From: Stegostoma tigrinum
Lineage: Eukaryota
DNA: 64,000 nt
Direction: 5' to 3'
NCBI RefSeq assembly: GCF_030684315.1
Contig: NC_081392.1
Location: 682,001 to 746,000, forward strand
The notes under the pieces are model-generated. The model did no database searches. It saw nothing but the letters and a program-made list of their open reading frames with translations, and was not told the origin of the DNA. This document shows positions 61,530-64,000 of this stretch, piece after piece. The number at the start of each line of letters is the position of its first letter. Within the stretch, counting starts at the first letter, position 1. The position numbers were made by a program, and so were the translations under genes.

Positions 61530-64000
61530 AGTTTTTATTCACACTTGGGATGTTGATGTCACTGCCTGGGGCAGCATTATTGGCTATCTCCGGTTGCCCT
61601 TGAGAAGGTGGTGGTGTGTTGCCTTCTTAAACCACTACAGTCCACATCCTGTAGGTTGACCCATAATGCCGTTATGTATAGAAACTGCGATATTTTACCA
61701 GCTCAGCATGATAAGCAACTTGAAGGGGAAATTGCAGATGGTGGTGTTCACACATATCTGCTGTGCATGTCCATCTGGATGGAAATGGTTGTCTGTTTGG
61801 AAGATATTGTGTAAAGAATTTCTGCAGTGCATCTTGGAGATATTACACACTGCTGCTGCTAGACTTTAGAATCATGGAATCATGGAATCTCTACAGTGTG
61901 GAAGCAAGCTATTCAGCCCATCAAGTCCACACTAACTCTCTGAAGAGCATCACACACAGACCCTCCCACTTATCCTATCCCCGTCACCCTACATTTTTCC
62001 TTGGCTAATCCATCTAAACTGCACATCTTTAGATTTGGGGATGAAACTGGAACATCTGGAGGAAATCTATGCAGATGCAGGCAGAACATACAAAATCCAC
62101 AGACAGGTACTTGCCTGAGGATGGAATCGAAAATGAGCCCTTAGGGCTGTGAGGCAGCAGTGCTGAGCCACCATTCCACTAGATTGCTGGTGCCAAGCGT
62201 TTGTGGTTGAGGCAGTGGATGTTTGTAGATGTGGTGCTAGTCAAGTGGATTGATTTATCTTGGATAGATTCGAGTTTCTTGAGTGTACTTGGAACTGCAC
62301 CCATCTACACAAGCATGGAATATTCCATCACACTCTTGACTCATACATTGTAGCTGGTGGGGCAGATTTTGTTGAGCCAGGAGATAAACTGCTCTCTGCA
62401 GAATTTCTAGCATCTGACCTGCTCTTGTAACCATTGTGTTTACAAGGTGAGTCCAGTTGAATTTCAGGTCGATACTAACTCCAAGTATGTTGATAATGGA
62501 GGATTCAGTGATGATAACACCGTTGAATGTCACAAGGCAGTAATTAGATTGTCTCTTTTTGGAGATGGTTGTGGCATTGCATTTGTTTTGCTTGAATGTT
62601 ACATGTCACTTGTTAGATCAAGCCAGGAAATTGTCCAGGTCTTGTTGCATTTCAACATGAACTGTTACAGTATCTCAAGACTTGCAAATGGTATAATAAC
62701 CAGTTAATATCCCCACTTCTGACCTTATGATGGAGGGAAGATCATTGATTAAGCAGCTGAAGTTGTTTGGGACTGGGACAGTATCTCTGAGGAACTCCTG
62801 AAGAGATATCCTGGAGCTGAGATGACTGACCTCCAACAACCACAACCATCTTCCTATGTGCCAGGCATGACCTCAACAATTTTAGAGATTTTTTTTCCGA
62901 ACTCCATTGATGCCAGTTTTACTAGGGTTCCTTGATGCCACACTCAGTCAAATGCAGCTTGATGTCAGGTCTGTCATTCTCACCTCATCACTGGAATTCT
63001 GATCTTTTGTATGTGTTTAAACAAGGGTTGTAATGAGGTCAGGAGCTGAGTGGCCCTGGCAAAACCCGAATTGTGTTTCACCAAACGGGTTATTGCTAAA
63101 CAGATGCTGCTTGAGAGCGCTGTTCATAACACCTTCCATCACGTCACTTATGATCAAGAGTATACTGATGGGGCAATAACTGACTGGATTTTGTGTACAA
63201 GACATAACTGCAAATTTTCCACATTGCTGGGTAGATGATAATCGTAGTTGGATTGGAACAGCTTGGCTAGGAGAGTGGCAAGTCCTAGAGCATGTCTTCA
63301 GTACATTGCCGAAATATTGTCAGAGTCCATAGCTGTTGCACTATCCAATGAATCAATCTGTTCCTTGATACCCTGTGGAGTGAATTAAATTGGCTGAAGA
63401 ATGGTATGTGTAATGCTGCGCACCATTAGAGAAGGTTGAGATGGATCATCCATTTGGCACTTCTAGCTGAAAATTCCTGTAAATGCTTGAGCTTTTCTTA
63501 TGCTCTGATATACTGGGATCTTCCAACATTAAGCTTTGGAATATTTCTGAAGGCTCCTCCTTTAGCGAGTTATTTAATTGTCCACCACCATTTATGACTT
63601 GTGGCAGGACTGCAGAACTTAGATGCTTATGCTGTTTAGCTAGCATATGCTCCTGTTTTGTAGCTTCACCAGGTTGACACCTCATTTTTGGGTATGTCAG
63701 GTGCTGGTCCTGGCATGCCATTCTACACTCTCTATTCAACTAGACGATGGTATTGGTTGAGTGGCACAAATGCCGGGCCAGATTGTGCTGGAGTACAATT
63801 CTGCTGCTGATGGCCCACAGTGCCTCATGCTTGCCCAGTCTTGAGTTGCTAGATCATTTCAAAGTCTGTCCCATTTAACACAGTGATAGTACCATACAAA
63901 ACAATGAAGGCAATTCTCAGTGTGAAGGCAGGACTTTGTTTCCACAAGGACGATGTAGTGATCATTCTCATCAATAATGTCATGGATAAATGCATTTGTC
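61530..64000 (-). mobile_element. CR1/L2-type LINE (decayed RT) with HE1-type SINE nested at about 61868-62172
   Basis: Minus ORFs NPVSYCPISILLIIS...QFGFCQGHSAPDL and INILGVSIDLKFNW. Confidence 0.75.

Noticed and set aside
1-64000. Assignment to TCR delta/NAR-TCR or IgH instead of TRB
   Set aside because: A single GGGACA-type D with 12/23 RSS, EAYFG-type J, CAAS/CAWS V ends and CRE promoters fit TRB; IgH J would have WGxG and a 23-RSS. The constant exon is outside the window, so the call is not directly confirmed.

Overview
This is eukaryotic DNA, most likely from a cartilaginous fish (shark-type HE1/V-SINE and DeuSINE-like SINEs, CR1 LINEs, Penelope fragments). The window covers part of a T-cell receptor beta (TRB) locus. 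On the minus strand, at the left end, are one D segment (GGGACAACAGGGAC with 5' 12-RSS and 3' 23-RSS, 4128-4141) and three J segments (FGxG motif plus splice donor), with an RSS-less inverted J inside a fold-back palindrome; the constant gene should lie left of the window. To the right are seven V segments, four in D-J orientation (minus) and three inverted (plus). Three have intact ORFs, and one of those has a CAT heptamer. Four are pseudogenes, three of them from a CAWS-ending family closely resembling mammalian TRBV30. Main points of interest: (1) a D-proximal V pseudogene with no recognisable RSS that reads in frame through a D-like stretch into an FG motif (candidate germline-joined VDJ); (2) the J palindrome; (3) the TRBV30-like family upstream of D in both orientations; (4) repeated local inverted duplications near Penelope termini; (5) an intron-containing tRNA-Arg(TCG) pseudogene. 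Most ORFs in the supplied track are retroelement debris. Everything was read by eye, and transposon boundaries are approximate.
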